NCBI GenBank assembly: GCA_963837805.1 | Contig: CAWIOU010000019.1 | Span: 26,610-90,609 of the forward strand | Direction of reading: 5' to 3' | Source: an uncultured Acidimicrobiaceae bacterium | Lineage (GTDB): Bacteria; Actinomycetota; Acidimicrobiia; Acidimicrobiales; RAAP-2 | Length of the DNA stretch: 64,000 nt | In this document: one piece after another, positions 62,777-64,000 of the stretch | How the letters are laid out: every line of letters starts with the position of its first letter | Position numbering within the stretch: the first letter of the stretch is position 1 | The notes under the pieces: model-generated | The model's input: only the letters and a program-made list of their open reading frames with translations | Told to the model about the DNA's origin: nothing | Databases searched by the model: none | Position numbers and translations under genes: made by a program

Positions 62777-62944
62777 GTGGGCTGTGGGTGCTGGATTTGG
62801 GTGATTGGTGCCGTCGTGCTGATCATTCTCCTCATTGTCGCACTCTCAGCACTGCCTTCGGGGCCAAGTCATCACGGCGCCTCAGAAGCCGTCCGGACGA
62901 TCTCAGCTCTTGGACATCATCCCCTGACGGATACGCTGTTCTGA
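62777..62944 (+). CDS. small single-TM protein (55 aa)
   Basis: GTG start. VGCGCWIWVIGAVVLIILLIVALSALPSG... Below the ORF-track cutoff. Modest codon-bias support. Confidence 0.25.
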   Translation: MGCGCWIWVIGAVVLIILLIVALSALPSGPSHHGASEAVRTISALGHHPLTDTLF

Positions 62945-62983
62945 GCTAGTTTCACGGTCTCATGGCTGAGCCCGACTATCCGA

Positions 62984-63226
62984 TTGATGCGATCGACTTC
63001 TCGACCCCTGGGCGATGGCGACAAGGTGGTAGCCATCGAATCGTGGACCGAAGGCGATACCGAGATGGTCACCGTCGTGTTCACGGACGGAGAGATCGAG
63101 AGCATGCCTATGACCAAAGCCGAAGCTTGTGCCAAGGCTGAACGTTGCTTCGGGCTCGACGTGCTGACTGAGATCAAGGAGAACGGGGTCTCGTATCGGT
63201 GGACCCGACTTCCACCCTGCGAATAG
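62984..63226 (+). CDS. small hypothetical protein
   Basis: GDGDKVVAIESWTEGDTEMVTVVFTDGEIESMPMTKAEACAKAERCFGLDVLTEIKENGVSYRW. It may start at the ATG at 62963 if there is an indel in the cccctggg run. Confidence 0.45.
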   Translation: MMRSTSRPLGDGDKVVAIESWTEGDTEMVTVVFTDGEIESMPMTKAEACAKAERCFGLDVLTEIKENGVSYRWTRLPPCE

Positions 63227-63336
63227 CCAAAGCACTCGATCGTCTTGCCCTGCCCACGCCGAGCCAACGGAAATCCGATGACACCGCCCAGTCGAGTCCA
63301 CATTCAGAGATCACCAAGATTCGAAAGTGTTGAGAA

Positions 63337-63918
63337 ATGAGTAGAGCGCTTGTCTTCGTGGGTGGCCTCGCCGCCCCCGGAAACGAATGGCCTCTCACTC
63401 CGATCCGGCGCCGTGCTCGTGAGAAGGGGTGGCGAACCAAGTACTTCAACGAGCGATTGATACTTGGGCCACTTACTAGCTCGGCGGAACGCCTGGTCAA
63501 GCTGATCGAGAACCTGGCCGAGACTCACGACACCATCGTTGTAATCGGGCACTCCATGGGGGGCCTCGTCGCAGAGCACGCAGCGGCGCTGGGAGCGCCC
63601 ATCGACGCCGTCGTCACTATTGCTACTCCCCACCAGGGCCACTTCCTCTCCCGTTTCGGACCGTTGCCGGTTATGAGGGAGATGGGGACGAACAGTGCAT
63701 ATCTGAGAAGCGTGGAGGCGATTCCTGGCCCACGCCCACCGATTCTGGTGGTTACAGCGGCGAAAGACAGATTGGTTCCAAGAAGCGCATCACGACCGAA
63801 CAGGCCGCACACTCTCCTAGAGGCACCGAACGTCGGGCACCTGGGCGTGATCTTTGATCAGGGCACAGCCGACGTTATCTTGGAGTGGGCCGAAGTTCGC
63901 ATAAGAGAGACTGCCTGA
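63337..63918 (+). CDS. alpha/beta hydrolase (lipase/esterase-like, GHSMGG)
   Basis: VVIGHSMGGLVAEHAA nucleophile elbow. The late HLG may supply the catalytic His. Intact 193 aa. Confidence 0.65.
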   Translation: MSRALVFVGGLAAPGNEWPLTPIRRRAREKGWRTKYFNERLILGPLTSSAERLVKLIENLAETHDTIVVIGHSMGGLVAEHAAALGAPIDAVVTIATPHQGHFLSRFGPLPVMREMGTNSAYLRSVEAIPGPRPPILVVTAAKDRLVPRSASRPNRPHTLLEAPNVGHLGVIFDQGTADVILEWAEVRIRETA

Positions 63919-64000
63919 TGACAACTGATGGGCGCACTCAGATTAGGGAAGCTGACTTCTAGGTGTCCGGTGGTTTGAGCGTCCAGGCTGCCACGGTCAA

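Overview
Visibly GC-rich 64-kb chromosomal segment, most consistent with Actinomycetota (mshC mycothiol ligase, WS/DGAT, DUF1918, HbhA-like protein, GTP-type pckG). GC content was judged by eye, not computed.

Gene layout from left to right:
- 0-7.5 kb: a decayed integrative or prophage-like island. It holds two cytoplasmic trypsin-fold proteases, two pairs of unclassifiable small Cys/His-rich proteins, a 3-copy structured repeat, an HNH nuclease and a 5'-truncated tyrosine recombinase.
- 7.5-10.2 kb: PRTase-dienelactone hydrolase plus an erythromycin-esterase-like pair.
- 10.8-14.2 kb: MFS (DHA2-type) and APC transporters.
- 15.1-17.7 kb: DUF1918, thiolase and an ArsR regulator.
- 17.8-24.9 kb: a six-gene group-4 hydrogenase-like operon. 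Its 'large subunit' has lost all four NiFe cysteine ligands, so it is Ehr-type and not a real hydrogenase.
- 25-28.4 kb: pckG and an amidohydrolase.
- 29-34.4 kb: a lipid/TAG module (acyltransferase, acyl-CoA synthetase, alpha/beta hydrolase, WS/DGAT).
- 34.8-41.3 kb: a CstR/CsoR-controlled sulfide/persulfide cluster (rhodanese-PDO, CoADR-rhodanese, methyltransferase, SQR, TusE/DsrC, DsrE), followed by mshC.
- 42.7-43.8 kb: an rve-type IS.
- 44-49 kb: gpsA, a Zn-ADH, an acetyl-CoA hydrolase/transferase and gap.
- 49-61 kb: PPOX proteins, a second acyltransferase/HbhA-like/hydrolase module bracketed by IS fragments, CYTH-CHAD, SGNH and DsbA-like genes, and a GAF histidine kinase.
- 61.4-64 kb: a lower-GC tail of small coupled ORFs that includes a Pol-beta-type nucleotidyltransferase.

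I found no rRNA, tRNA or CRISPR array.

About 17 genes are interrupted by frameshifts. Five frame changes were traced to the nucleotide and each fits a missing base (three inside G/C runs), so I treat most as assembly indels and report full gene spans.

The best candidate for an undescribed system is the duplicated protease / zinc-ribbon / Cys-His-protein module with its structured repeat in the first 7 kb. Its function is inference only.
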